64,000 nt of DNA, taken from NCBI RefSeq assembly GCF_009914755.1, contig NC_060944.1; one strand, 5' to 3'. The position numbers were made by a program, and so were the translations under genes. Below the pieces are notes generated by a model. The model was not told the origin of the DNA and did no database searches. It saw nothing but the letters and a program-made list of their open reading frames with translations. The stretch is from the human T2T-CHM13v2.0 reference genome, Homo sapiens. Of the stretch, positions 36,420 through 59,619 are shown in pieces (the stretch's first letter is position 1; the number at the start of each line of letters is the position of its first letter).

Positions 36420-36672
36420 CATGCATCCCTGCACCAGGGGCTCACGGCCAGCTCCCTCACCTGCACTCCAGCGGCTCATGCACAGCTCCCTCACCTGCCC
36501 CAACGGCTCACGGCCTGCTGCCTCACCTGCACCAGGTGCTCACGGCCGGCTCCCTCCTCTGCACACCAGCGGCTCACCGCTGGCTCCCTCACCTGCACCA
36601 GTGGCTCACAGCAGGCTCCCTCCCCTGTACTCCAGCAGCTCATGGCCAGCTCCCTCACCTGCACTCCAGTGG
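36420..36672. repeat. GC-rich minisatellite, 32-34-bp unit, about 7 copies
   Basis: Unit approximately GGCTCACGGCCAGCTCCCTCACCTGCACTCCAGC. Confidence 0.9.
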
Positions 36673-38412
36673 GTGGCCTAGTGCTCGTGCAAAAGCTGCT
36701 GACTAGCTCCAGCCTGCCCAAACCCACAAACGTCTCTTATGTGGTGGCTGAACCACATTTAATGACATCTGAACACCTTTCAAATCTGTGCTTCCTTGGG
36801 TACCTCCCTCTGCACTAGGGCACCAGGCAGAGTTGCTTTATGTCTTACAGTGACTCTTTTATCATAGTTGCAATCCTTTATACTCCACTTCTCCATTAGA
36901 CCCACTGTGTGCTTTCTATCTTTGAATGGGACCCAGGCTGCTACACACCCTAACCCATGCACATTGCACTTCATTAGTTCCTCACTATTGGCCAAAGATC
37001 ATGCTCCACCACCCCTCTCTTCCCCCGACTCTCTTTGCTTAATTGAAACCCCCAAATGCCCTCTTTGCGCCCAAAGCTTACTTGCTTTTCCTTCCCTATA
37101 TTCTTGGCCAGACACAAAAATCTGATTCTCTGGCAAATGCAAAAACGGGGAGAAGGCAGGGGAACCATTTCTCCTCCCTTACATAAGCACTGAGGGTAAT
37201 GTCATTCCATTGTGTGAGGAATAAAAAAATGAGGCATAGAGAGCTGCCATGATTTGCCTGGACCAATGAAGCTGTCATGGCAGAAGTGGAACAAAGGTTT
37301 AGGTGTCCCGAATGTCAGTCCAGCTCCTATGCCTTCAGAACGTGCTGTGGAGGGAGACACCTGGGGACCCCAGTCATGCTGAGCACTCAGGGTTACCCAG
37401 GTTCTGAGAGTGGGGACGTGACAGGCTGAGTTGACTCAGTCCAGTCCTCCTCTACAAAATAAGGATGGAAACCCTCACATAATAGAAGTGAAGACAGGGA
37501 ACAAATCCAGGAACCATTAAGAGGCTGATGCCTGGAAGGCCTGGGCAGAATGACGGGAGATTGGAGCAGAACAGGGGCCCTAGATGGGGACAAGGGGAAG
37601 GAAGTGGCCTCAGTGGCCAGATGACACCTATCCACTGCACAGACGCTGGAGCCTTGAGTTCCATCTAGTCCTTGTCAACTACAATCATTCTGCCCTATGG
37701 CTCAACGAGTCCTGGAGAAAATGTGTTTTCTGCAGTCTGGGGAGGTGAGAGTAAAACAATTCAGCCTCAAGAAGTTGAAAGCCCAGGAAATCATAGCATG
37801 TGGAGATGGGATTCATACTTAAACTTCCTGCCCTTGAGTTCTGGTTTGGCCACTTGACTCACTTTGGCCAATGGATGTGGTAAAGTGGTAGTCTGCCCAT
37901 TCTGAGCCTGGGTGGTAAGATAAGAGATCTTCACATTTCCCTTTGTTCTTTGCACTCCTGCCATTGCCATGAGAAGAAGGCACCCTGGTAGGCCCCGACC
38001 CCAGGAGGATCGGAGACACTTGGAGCATATCCAGCTCAGCCACCACATTTCGAGCTGAAACCTCCCAAGCAACCCATGCTCATGAGTGAGAAATGGTGGC
38101 CTATGGTCGTAGGCCTCTGAGGTGTGGGGTTACTTGTTACAAAGCAAGAGTTAACTACTAGAGATTTCTACCTCACATCCCTACGAAACAAAGAACAAAG
38201 GAAATAAAACAAAATATGAAAAGCAGATTTCCAATTTTTAGAAGAAACAGAGGACATATTTTATGACACTAAGCAGAGAAAAATTTTTTTTAATATGACA
38301 CAAAACACAGACACCATAAAAGAAATTACTGATAAATTCAATTGTATTAAATGTAGAAGATTTGATCTGACAAAAGAGACCATGAATACAGTTAAAAGAC
38401 AAAGACAGTGCA

Positions 38413-38766
38413 TGATATGGTTTGGCTGTGTGTCCCCACCCAAATCTCACCTTGAATTGTCCTCCCATAATTCTCCTGTGTCGTGGGAGGGAACTGGTGG
38501 GAGATAATTGGAATCATGGGGGCTGTTCCCCCATACCGTTCTCCTGGTAGTGAATAAGTCTCACGAGATCTGACGGTTTTATCCGGGGTTCCACTTTTGC
38601 ATCGTCCTTATTTGTCTCTGGCCACTGTCATGTAAGAAGTGCCTTTCACCTCCCACCATGATTCTGAGGTCTCTTCAGTCATGTGGAACTGTAAGTCCAA
38701 TTAAACCTTTTTTTCTTCCCACTCTGGGTTATGTCTTTATAGGCAGTGTGAAAATGGACTAATACA
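38413..38766 (+). mobile_element. THE1 solo LTR
   Basis: TGATATGG...CTAATACA termini; exact TSD GTGCA (38408-38412 and 38767-38771). Confidence 0.95.
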
Positions 38767-38844
38767 GTGCACCAATAGGGAAAACATATTTGTAAGGTAT
38801 TTGGCCAAAAAAGCATTGATATCCAGATCATTAAAATCAAAATT

Positions 38845-39140
38845 GGTCAGTCTTGGTGACGCATGCCTATAATCCCAGCATTTTGGGAAGCTGAGGCAGG
38901 TGGATCACCTGAGGTCGGGAGTTCGATACCAGTCTGACCAACATGGAGAAACACCGTCTCTACTAAAAATACAAAATTAGCCGGGCGTGGTGGCACTTAC
39001 CTGTAATCCCAGCTACTCAGGAGGCTGAGGTAGGAGCATCGCTTGAACCAGGGTGGCGGAAGTTGCGGTGAGCCGCGGTACTGCCATTGCACTCCCACCT
39101 AGGCAACAAGTGCAAAACTCCTTCTAAAAAAAAAAAAAAT
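38845..39140 (+). mobile_element. AluS
   Basis: Alu dimer with A tail. Confidence 0.93.
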
Positions 39141-41073
39141 AGCACTTATAAGTCAGCAAGGAGAAACCAAAGATCCAACAGACATATGGGCCAGGAGCAA
39201 TTCACAGAGAAGGAGACCGGAAGGGCTGGAAAACACAAGGCACGCGTTCAGCTACACTGCAAATTCCAGGAACAATATCAAAAAGTGCGATAACAAATAT
39301 TGATGAAGATGAGTGAAGATGGATGTGAGCACTACTGGCGAGGGGCATTGTGAGGACTCCAGCCCCAAGGTCATCTGGCTGAGCTTCCTAGGAAGGGCTG
39401 ACAACAGACCTGTCCCAAGACCCGAAGACTCACCAGGCTACGTGCAGGCTTTGGACCAGAACATCAGCATCACCTTGGGGTGGGGGTTGCAGGGGGAGGC
39501 ACGCATCCTCTGCTCACCAGAAATGCAGAATTCTAGATTCATCTGGAAGAAATTGTTGAAGGGAAAAGCAACTTTCAGGAGAGTATGTATGGACTGCTGT
39601 TTGTATAAAATTGCAAAAACAGACCAAAAAACACTATCCATTCTTCATGGACATGTACTCTAGGTATTAAACATGGATGGGAAGACACACATTGACTTCA
39701 GAATAGTGGGAGGGAGGTGGTAACTGGACTGGAAAAGGGGCATATAACTCGAGTGTCAGCTTGAACATTATGGCTGAATCTGTAATGTTTTCTTCCTTAA
39801 ACTCTGGAGCAAATGCATCCAAAAGTTACCATATTTGAATTTTAACTGGGAGGTACATGAAAGTTTAATACCATTATCCTCTATGCAGTCCTGTGTGTTT
39901 GTAATATTGAGCCATATTTTTTAAACACTTGACTCATCATGAAAGGAAGCTTGCCTACATGGTACCAATGGTTATCTTTAGGTAGCAGAATTCAAGACTG
40001 ATTCTTTTTTCTTTTTTTCCTACTTGTATGTTATCTCTATTTCCCTGTGTGAGGATTTATGACTGTTGTGATGAAAAGGCTAGCATCCTAACTCCCTGCA
40101 TCATAAGCACACACCATGCCCTGGCTGGCAGGATGAGGAGGAGGGAGCGTGTCTGTTCACCTGGCCAGCCCTAGGCAACTCTGCAGAGAAAGACACAGGC
40201 ACTTCCCCTCTGCAGCCAAAGAGTTAAGAAGGCTCGATGTGAAATGAATCATTCCAGGGGAGCTAAATCCCGGCCTTATCTAATTCTGTATCCTGAGGCT
40301 GATTAATTTAAACTCAAAAATAAAACAAACATCATCTTTAAATAGGGATTAAATACTCAGCGGGGTCCTTAGTTGAACAAAACTGACATACATTTTATGG
40401 TATGGATTCAGGGGGCCCGGGGTGGGGCTAGGGCTATCTGTGGGGATGCTCGCTGAGCTAAGGAGAGAAAATCACCAGTGCTCCCGGATTCCGGAGTGCA
40501 TTCACCTTTAGCTTCTTCTCTGGATACCCGCAGAAAACCAAAGAGCCACCCTGTGGCAGGATCTTCACACAGGAGGTGGGCTTGTGCCCTGTGTCCCCGA
40601 GGGAGAAGGAATTATGGAGGGAGTGGGTGAAGAGTTTGGAGGAAGTCCCTGATGTTCTTAGAAAACAGTAGGAAACAGATTCCATTGGTTGGGCATTGTT
40701 CCCAAATAGGAGACAAGAGCATGAACTAAAAACAGAGACTCCCAGCTCCATCCATGGTCCCTGAGTTCAGAAGAGAACCCAGGGAGGTGGGGCAAGTAAA
40801 AAATTGAGTGGGCTATCTGACATGTGCCTGGAGGGACCCACGAACCTGAGTGAGGCATGAGAGTGGGCAGCTGGTGGATTTTTCCAGGCCTGCAGCACAA
40901 AGCCAGGCGGACGTCCTAAGAACAAGCCATGTCTGCAGAGGCCTCTACTGCATCCCTGCCTCATGGGCACAATGTCACAGAACAGAATTACATCATGTGG
41001 GAGGCCATGTGCAGTGTAAGTGTCATAATGGAGCTGGACCCAGAAGGTCCCAGACCCAGGTCCAGCTATGTCT

Positions 41074-41436
41074 CTGCTATAGTCAATGTTTGTGTGCCCC
41101 TAAAATCCGTGTGTTGAAATCTAACCCCTGATAGGTTAGGTTTGAATTAGGAGGCAAAGACTTTAGGAAGTGATTTCATCATGAAAGCAAAGACCCCATG
41201 AATGGGATAAGTGGCCTTGTAAAAGGGAGCCAAGGGAGCTTGTTCTCTCCTTCCACCATTTGAGGACACAGGTAGGAGGTGCCCTCTATAAGGAACAGGT
41301 ACTCAACAGACACCTAATCTGCCACTACTTTGACCTTCCACTTGCCAGCATCCAGACCTATAAGAAATAAATTTCTGCTGCTTATAAGCCCCCCAGGCTA
41401 AGGTATTTTGTTATGGCAGCCCAAATGGAAGAAGAC
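41074..41436 (+). mobile_element. MLT1A-like LTR
   Basis: TGCTATAGTCAATGTTTGTGTGCCCCTAAAATCC...GGTATTTTGTTATGGCAGCCCAAATGGAAGAAGAC. Confidence 0.75.
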
Positions 41437-42850
41437 GGTCTCTGACCATCTTGAGCAACTCACTTATCTGCTGAACTCTCCACAGATTTAACTGTGATGA
41501 AATCCCGTCAACAGATGTATATTGAACACCTACTGTGTATAAGGACACATTGTGTTATTGGATAGGGTATAAAGAAAGTCACAGTTCCCCAGAGGTAGGC
41601 ACTGCCATAGCTGAAGAGCAAACCCTAGTTGCTGTGGCCAACGGGGGAAGGGATGGGTGTCAGAGAAAAAGAGAACATGCTAGAGTCCATGTCTGCAGCA
41701 ATATTGGAACGTCTAATGGATGGTTCCAAAAGTGGTGACTCCTCATCTTCTTACAAAAACTCATAGTTGTCCCTGTGTAAAGTCTTCCCAGAAGTGCAAG
41801 GCAGTTGAGAATATGCAGATCAGAAAAGACAAGAGGACAGAGAGAGCAGATTCTTGGCATCAGCAGCCACGGACTTCTTGCAGGAAGGAAAGTATTTCTC
41901 CTGGATCCCTGCGTAGCAGATAAACGTACAGAAATACATTTGTTGGCTATTTGATTCATAGACTTTGAACATTTGCAGACCGAGAGGCTGAGAATCTTCT
42001 CCAATCAGACGGTGTGGGGCGTGGAAGTACAGAAAGGGATCAAAGGAGGAGGAAAACAGAGCAATGAGAAGGGAGCTCTCAGCATGACCAACACAGAGAC
42101 CTGGGTCTCTGCTACCAACAATATGAGCTAATGTATAATGATTGCAGGTCTGTAAACAGCAGGCTTTCCATATCACATGTGGCAAGCTCTGATGACAACC
42201 CTGTGTGACAGGTATTCTTATCAGAGGCAGAGAGTTGTTAAATAATCACACACAACTGGTGGAATGCCGGAGAGATTTGTTTTACTTGGTCATCTTCCTG
42301 TTTGCTTTCTATTTGTCCCATCTATAGTTGGTTCTCCTTTTCCTCTTTGACTTCTTTTGAATTTGTTGAGTATTTTTATTTCATTTAATCTTCTTTGTTG
42401 GCCTTTTACATATAACTATTTGGCTTCGTTTGGTTTTGAGTTTTAACCATTTCTCTATAGTTTATGGTATATCATATGGTTTGGATCTGTGTCCCCACCC
42501 AAATCTCATGTGGAAATGTAATCCCCAGTGCCAAACGTGGGGCCTGGAGGGAGGTGATTGGATCATGGAGCCAGTTTCTCATGGTTTAACACCATCCCCA
42601 CTTGGTACTATATAGCGAGTGAGTTCTCACAAGATCTGGTTGTTTAATAGTGTGTGGCACCTCCCCCTCTCTCTCTTCCTCCTGCTCCAGTCACATAAGA
42701 TGTGCCTGCTTCCCCTTTGCCTTCTGTCATGATTGCAAGCTCCCTGAGGCCTCCCCAGAAGCCGAGCAGATGACAGAATCATGCTTCCTGTGCAGCCTGC
42801 AGAACCGTGAGCCAATTAAACCTCTTTTCTTCATAAATTACCCAGTCTGA

Positions 42851-43154
<304 letters not shown>

Positions 43155-43175
43155 CCCAGTCTCAGACATTTCTTT

Positions 43176-44054
43176 TTTTTAAATTTGTTTATTATTTTTT
43201 TAAGGTATTATTATTATACTTTAAGTTTTAGGGTACATGGGCACAATGTGCAGGTTTGTTACATATGTATACATGTGTCATGTTGGTGTGCTGCACCCTT
43301 TAACTCGTCATTTAGCATTAGGTATATCTCCTAATGCTATCCCTTCCCCCTCCCACCACCCCACAATAGTCCCCGGTGTGTGATATCTCCCTTCCTGTGT
43401 CCTTGTGTTCTCATTGTTCAATTCCCACCTATAAGTGAGAACATGTGGTGTTTGGTTTTTTGTCCTTGTGATAGTTTGCTGAGAATGATGGTTTCCAGCT
43501 TCATCGATGTCCCTACAAAGGACATTAACTCATCATTTTTTATGGCTGCATAGTATTCCATGGTGTATATGTGCCACATTTTCTTAATCCAGTCTATCAT
43601 TGTTGGACGTTTGTGTTGGTTCCAAGTCTTTGCTATTGTGAATAGTGCCACAATAAACATATGTGTGCATGTGTCTTTATAGCAACATGATTTATAATCC
43701 TTTGGGTATATACCCAGCAATGGGATGGGTGCGTCAAATGGTATTTCTAGTTCTAGATCCCTGAAGAATCACCACACTGACTTCCAAAATGGTTGAATTA
43801 GTTTACAGTCCCACCAACAGTGTGAAAGTGTTCCTATTTCTCCACATCCTCTCCAGCACCTGTTGTTTCCTGACTTTTTAATGATCACCATTCTAACTGG
43901 TGTGAGATGGTATCTCATTGTGGTTTTGATTTGCATTTCTCTGATGGCCAGTGATGATACTGTGGTTTTGATTTGCATTTTTCTGATGGCCAGTGATGAT
44001 GAGTATTTTTTCATGTGTTTTTTTGGCTGCATAAATGTCTTCTTTTGAGAAGTG
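43176..44054 (-). mobile_element. 5'-truncated L1PA (approximately PA4-5), 3' end
   Basis: L1 3'UTR and ORF2 C-terminus (HMFSLIGGN*); TSD TCAGACATTTCTTT (43162-43175 and 44055-44068). Confidence 0.94.
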
Positions 44055-44524
44055 TCAGACATTTCTTTATAGCAATTCAAGAACAGATTAATACAGTATA
44101 TGTATTTAACTTAGCATTGGCTGCCATCAACATTATACCACTTCACATAGAGGATAAGAACCTTAAAACAGTGCCCATTCATTTCCCTCCTTTTGGGTTT
44201 TGTGTTATTGTTTTCATGCATTTTGCTTCTGTATGTGCTGTAAACTCACATTAATTTGTTATCATTTTTGTCTTAAACAGTCAATTATCTTTTAAAAATC
44301 CTTCTTAATGTTGTATTTTTGCTCACACATTTGCCATCTCTGGTGCTCTACATTCTTTTGTGTAGATCTGGAATTCCATCTGGTTTCACTTTCCCTCTGC
44401 CTGAAGGATTTCCTTTAATATTGCTTGTAGTGAGGACGTGCTGTTAATGCATTCTTCAAGCTTTTTAATGTCTGAAAGTCTTTATTTCACTATCATTTTT
44501 GAAAGATATTTTTGCTGGGTGTAG

Positions 44525-45282
<758 letters not shown>

Positions 45283-46479
45283 TAACCTTTCAGATTTTCT
45301 CTTTGTTACTGGGTTGGGGCAATTTGATTATGATGTGCTTCAGTGTGTCATCCTCATGTCTCTTGTGCTAGGGGTTCGTTGGTTCTTAGATCTCTGGGTT
45401 TACAGTTTTTCTCAAATTTAAATTTTTTCAGCCAGAGCTTTTTCAAATACTTTTTCTTCTACTCCTCCCCACCTTCTTCAGGAACTCCAATTCCACATAT
45501 ATTAGTCCTGTTGGTGCTGATTTTCTGTTCAGTTTTTTCCATTATTTTCTCCACGTTCCATTTTTGATAGTTTCTGATGCTACATCTTCCAGTTGACTAA
45601 TCCTTTTTTGTATAATATCTATTCTACATTAAATGCCATTTAGTATATTTTTCATCTCAGACATTGTATTTTTCATCTCTAGAAATTCAAGCTGGGTCTT
45701 CCATGTCTCTACTTCCATGTTCTAGCTTCCCTTTACCTTCTTCTTGTGGAATGTTATCATTACAATAAATGTTTTAATATCGTTGCCTACTAATTCTATC
45801 TTATTTGACATTTCTGTATCTATTGATCAAGTTTTCTTCTTATTATTGAGACATTTCCTTTTTCTTCACATGCCTGGTAATTTTCAGCTGGATGGCAGAC
45901 AACGTGAAATTTATCTTATTGTGTGTTGGATATTGTTGGGTTCCTATAAATATTATTGAGCTATGTTCTAGGATGCAGTTAAATTATCTGGAAAGATTTT
46001 GGTTCTTTGAGGGTTTTCTTTGAGGTCTTGTTAAGTAGGACCTTAGCAGCCTCATCCTAGATCTAATCTTCCACACTACTGAGGCAATTCTTTTCTGAGT
46101 GTTCCATCCAATGGTCCAGGAAGTATGATTTGTCCACTGTTGCTGGTGGGAACACCAAATATGCCTAGTTCTGTGGGAGGTTCAAGCATTGTTCTTTCTG
46201 TTTCCTTCAGGTATTTTTTCCCCCAGACTTGTAGTTTACACACATACGTGTGCTGATCAGTATTTAGCTGAAGACTCTGGAGCTTTTTTGTTTCGTGTCT
46301 TTGTCCTTTTCATTCCCTGAATACTCTGCCCTGCAGAGTTTATCTGAGCTTCTTTAGTCTCCCTGGACTCCCAGCTTCGTCTCCTCAACTCAGAACCATC
46401 ACCAGGCTCAGCCTGGGTTTTCCCTCCTTGAGCTGTGGCCTAGAAACTGTTTGCCTTTGGTCACCGCACCTGGGCAGTC

Positions 46480-48250
46480 CAGAGTCAGGAGAAACCCTAG
46501 GCCATGTGGCAGAATGCCCACTGTCCCCACTTCACCACACTGTACTCTCTCCATCCCGTGCTAGCTGCAGCCACGCTGTCTCACAGTCCAGAATGCTAGC
46601 CAGAGACCAAGCTTTCTGCAGTGTCTTGGCTGGGGCTCACAGATAAGGATGGCCAAGCAGTGCTCCCAGAAGCCAGCAGATGCCATCAATCAGTTTTACA
46701 TCCACCAGGCACTGAGAATCTCTGGACACCAGAAGTGTCCTCTGTTGCCAGAGCTGAACTCTCAAGTGAAGACTCCAGAAGGCCCTGAAATGTGGGCAGG
46801 CTCCCATTATTGCCTGTCTGTGGTCACAAGGACACAGACTCTTTCCATGGCTGGTGAGATGTCCAGCACACTGGGGGCTCTGGAAAGCCCCTTTTCAACT
46901 TTAGGCCTTAGCTGAGCTCTCCATTTACCTCAGACCAGGCAGTGCACATTATGGGGGACACCGCTGGGTGCTGGGATGAAAATGGCACTTTGCATGTGAG
47001 CTAGGATTGAGAGCCCACCACTCTCTTCCCCAGTGAGGCGGTGGCCAGTTACCATCTCTGGCTTCTGTCCCCTTACCAGCCTCCTCTGCTACAATTGCAT
47101 TTCTGGCAGGCAGTGGATCAGGGAAGCACCGGCAGTTGAGGACCATGTGGAGAACAACTACTGGCCAAGCATTCCCAACCTGACAGCAGAACAGGGGTAC
47201 AGCAGTGCTGAGGTGAACTTGACAGAGAAATTTGAGACCATGAAGGCAGCCAACACTTCCAACTTATCACAACCTGCCTCTCACATAGATTTATTGTGGA
47301 AGAACTCAACCATCTCCGTGTCAACAAGAAATGGTCCTCACTCTAAACCATCACCCTTGGATTTAGATCATGAGGCTGTCCTGTCTTTAGTATGGAATTG
47401 AAAAGCTTTAATTTCCACAAAAATGTAAGGTTTTGGGCTACAGCCTTATTAAAACAAACAAATATGAGCATCGTGGTCTACAGTTGGAGTATCTGTGGCT
47501 CTAAACAAACTGCTACTTGAAAGCATAATCACTGTCTTTTTGTTTGTTTCTTTAGCCTGGTAGGACAACGTCAGAAATTTCCTTAGTCATAAGGAATATA
47601 AAACATAGTTTGAACAAAAGCAGCAATAAAGCTACAAACTATTTTTTGGTGTATTTGCTTAAGTATAAGATAGCTGATTGGGGCTTTATCATGTAACGTT
47701 AGTTTGCTTAGTTTTCATTAAGTTTGTTAAACTTGAATTGTGAATAAATATATGGCTGATTCATATGTAGTTAAACTGCACATTGACATAAACTGTACAT
47801 TAAAAGTTGCTGCACACTGTCATCCAAAATAATACTTAGGTAAAACCAAAAATACTATAAACCAATGTCAAGGAACCTACCCTAAAATAAAAATACAGTT
47901 AACATGGAATTGCAAAACTAGAATGGGAGAATTATTTACCCATAAAATCTTGTTTGGAACATTGATATAACACTAGAAAAGAATTTTTCTAAATAACCAC
48001 AATGTTCAACAGTGACTGTGCACCTGTGAAGACCAGGCATTTTGAATGATTGCCCTGTGGTGTATGGCAGTACAATTTTACAGAAATGCACTACAATAAT
48101 TAATAAAATTCTCTAATGGGAAGATTTTAATGAATAAGTATTTATGCTATTAATATTTATAATATTGGTGCTATTATTTCACAAAATAAAAAAGCTGTAT
48201 TACAGCCTTTAAAGCAAATAATAGCCTTACATTTCTAAATAAAGAAAAAA
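46480..48250 (+). pseudogene. Possible decayed processed pseudogene, parent gene not recognised
   Basis: Non-repetitive, coding-like stretch with short ORFs (46649-46915, 47033-47401), then an AT-rich UTR-like segment with several AATAAA and an A-run at ~48238-48250. Confidence 0.3.
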
Positions 48251-49375
48251 TATAAATTTTATGAAATATGGTTAAGAGTAATTGATAAAATAAAAATTGT
48301 GGCATAAATTATATCATAGTTTGGATAGAAGTTGAAGAAAGTGGATGAAAATTTTAATGAGCCCTTTTTGCGTGCACTAAACTTAATCTTATAGGTGAAC
48401 TTTATAATATATAAGGGTACCTACTAGCTATCTAATTTACCTTTTACACAATGTATAAATCCTAGCCTATTGGTCTTAATATTTGCACCTAAAATAACAC
48501 ACAAACATACAAGAGAACAAAATAAGGAAGAAATGTATGGAGACAGTGATATTATCAAGATGGTGGAATAGGGGGTTCCTACTTTTGTATTCCCCTGCAG
48601 TAATAAAAACTAGTCAGCCATCCATCAACCAAAGTAACTTTACGAGAGATCCAGGCACAATGGCTCATGACGGTAATCTCCTCCATTCAGGAACCTGAGG
48701 CGGGAGGACTGCTCCAGGCCAGGCGTTCAAAAACAACCTGGGCAATATAGTGAGCTTTGCGATACAGGGCATTATGAAACCTCGCTAAAACCCAAGATAG
48801 AAAAGAGTCATTTTGAGAAGCCAGGCCCTTTGGTTAATAAGGTGTCATATTATCCAAAACAATCTGTAAGTTAACTCAAATCCGTATCAAAATCCCTGTC
48901 CCACTTTTTATAGTAATAGAAAATGCAAGCCTACAATGTAGGCTGAATGGCCAAGCCAATCATGAGGAATAAGAAAAAAGCTGGGGACATCATACTCGTG
49001 ACTCACACAAAACAGCTCAAAAGTCACTGTTTGTAGATAACCTGGGGAACACCTGCTAGGTACACAGTGGGAGCCACACTCACCCACACATCTGCTATTA
49101 GGCCCAGCATATAGCAGAACCTGCCCTAGTGCCTGCTTCACAAAACAAAGCCCTGAAGACAATCCAGCCTGCCCAAAAACCCAACAGAACTCACAACCAC
49201 ATGTGCTCCTGGTAACAAGCCCACTAAAGGTAAAACCCACTTCAGATTCGGCAGCCACCTTGTGATGCAGCTACAAGCCTTTTTACTGCAAACCCAGTAA
49301 AGATCTCATCAGCCTTGAGACCCAACAGATGAAGATCTTTACCTACTAAAACCAGTTTACAAAAATGAAAAGATC

Positions 49376-49682
49376 TGGCTGGGCACGGTGGTTCACACCT
49401 GTAATCCCAGCACTTTGGGAGGAGGAGGTGGGTGGATCACGAGGTCAGGAGTTCAAGACCAGCCTGGCCAAAATGGTGAAACACTGTCTCTACTAAAAAT
49501 ACAAAAATTAGCCGGGCATGGTGGTTGGCACTTGTAATCCCAGCTACTCGGGATGCTGAGGCAGAGAATTGCTTGAACCCAGGAGGCGGAGGTAGCAGTG
49601 AGCCAAGATCGTGCCACAGCACTCCAGCCTGGGTGACAGAGCGAGTCTCCGTCTCAAAAACAGAACAACAACAACAACAACG
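49376..49682 (+). mobile_element. AluS with (AAC)n tail
   Basis: Alu dimer; CAA repeats at the tail. Confidence 0.95.
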
Positions 49683-49739
49683 ATAAATGAAAAGAGGTGT
49701 TTGCTCCTTCAAATGCACAAACACCAATGCAAGTCTATA

Positions 49740-58050
<8,311 letters not shown>

Positions 58051-59326
58051 TTAATGTTATGTACACATGCATATATTCACAGAAGTGTGTCTATACACAT
58101 ATATAAAGCATATACATATATATCAATTACATATGTTGTTATGTATATACTTGTGTGTGTGTGTATATATATATATGTACACATACATATCAATGAAAAA
58201 ATCCTAGTAAACTTCAAACTAAACAAGAGAAAATTATAAAATGATAACTATTTAAAAAACAGGAAACAAATGGGTATTTAATACATGCTCAGCAATATTC
58301 TGAGTTCCTCAATGGCAAAGTACATGTTTTAAATGTAGAAAGTAGATACATTAAACCATATTACAGTTTAGGAATTATGGCACAGAGTGTTTACAATATT
58401 AGCCTCAATACATACCAAAAACTTAAAATTTTGAAGTAAAATAACATTAGGTTTTACTACATGGGGCAGAAGCTTAGTGTTCTGATAAAATTATTGAGTA
58501 TGAATTTCTGTAGAATCACATTTGAAACCTTCACAGGATATGAAATTATAAAGCAGAAAACATACAACATCTGGATTTGGCCTTTCTGGGATTTCTAAAC
58601 CAAATCCCAATATCTCCACTACTCTCACACATTTTAGACAAGACTCAAAATGGAAATTAGAAAATGTTTAACATAGAGTTCCTTAAAAATCACAGACGGC
58701 CCCATGTCCTCAAAAGGAATAAAAGAGCAAGCAGCCAGGTCCTCCAGTCCCTTGTAAGCCATGCAAAGGGCTTTGATTTTCTTTGTAACCTAGAAGAACG
58801 ATCGTTGAAGGGGAAGTCCAGTCCTAGAAAATTGAAGAGCAAGGGGCAGAGGATGTCAGTCTCTAATAAAAGCAAGAGAAAGAAATCAGGGCTTTGCAGA
58901 AAAGGTTTCCATTGGAGCATAGCTTCACAAACCACACTTTAACATCTGGCTTTCTCCTTGACTTTTGGACATCTCGTCTGTGTCATCTGCCTTATTCACT
59001 CCCACCTATTTGGATGTTTGGCTACTATCTCCTGTCTCCTCACACTCTGGGGTTTTTTCTTTTTCTCAATGTAGGTGATCAGGATTAGCTTAGAGAACAG
59101 CCAAGGACTCTGTATTAGAAAAAGTAATATGACTTATTCTGTGATTTTCCAATTACTACTTAGTACTGTGCTCGGTGGAAAAAAACAGAACATTATAAAA
59201 GAGTCTAAAAATGTAATATCAAATACTATTTCCTCACAGAAACGTTATGATATTTAAAAACTTTTCTAAATTTGTGGGTCCTTAGCTCCATCACCCAGTG
59301 CTGCTGAATCAAAACTTGGTGGTGGT

Positions 59327-59443
59327 TGGCTGGGCATAGTGACTCACACCACTGATCCCAGCACTTTGAGAGGCCAAGGCAGGCAAATCACTTAAGCCCA
59401 GGAGTTTGAGGTCAGCCTGGGCAACATGGCGAGACCTATTCTA
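59327..59443 (+). mobile_element. Alu monomer (FLAM or left arm)
   Basis: GGCTGGGCATAGTGACTCACACC...CAGCCTGGGCAACATGGCGAGAC. Confidence 0.85.
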
Positions 59444-59619
59444 CGGGTTGAGGGTGGGGAGGAGGGGGAAAGGTGGTGGTAATGGGAGGTGGTAATGCGA
59501 TTATAAGGTATGGGCAACCATATTTTGTGCCTCTAAATTTGTGGAGTTACCACTAATCTAAAATGAAGGATACAGATCAGCTGAGGAAAGAAAAAGATTT
59601 ATGTCGAGATGAAACCTCC

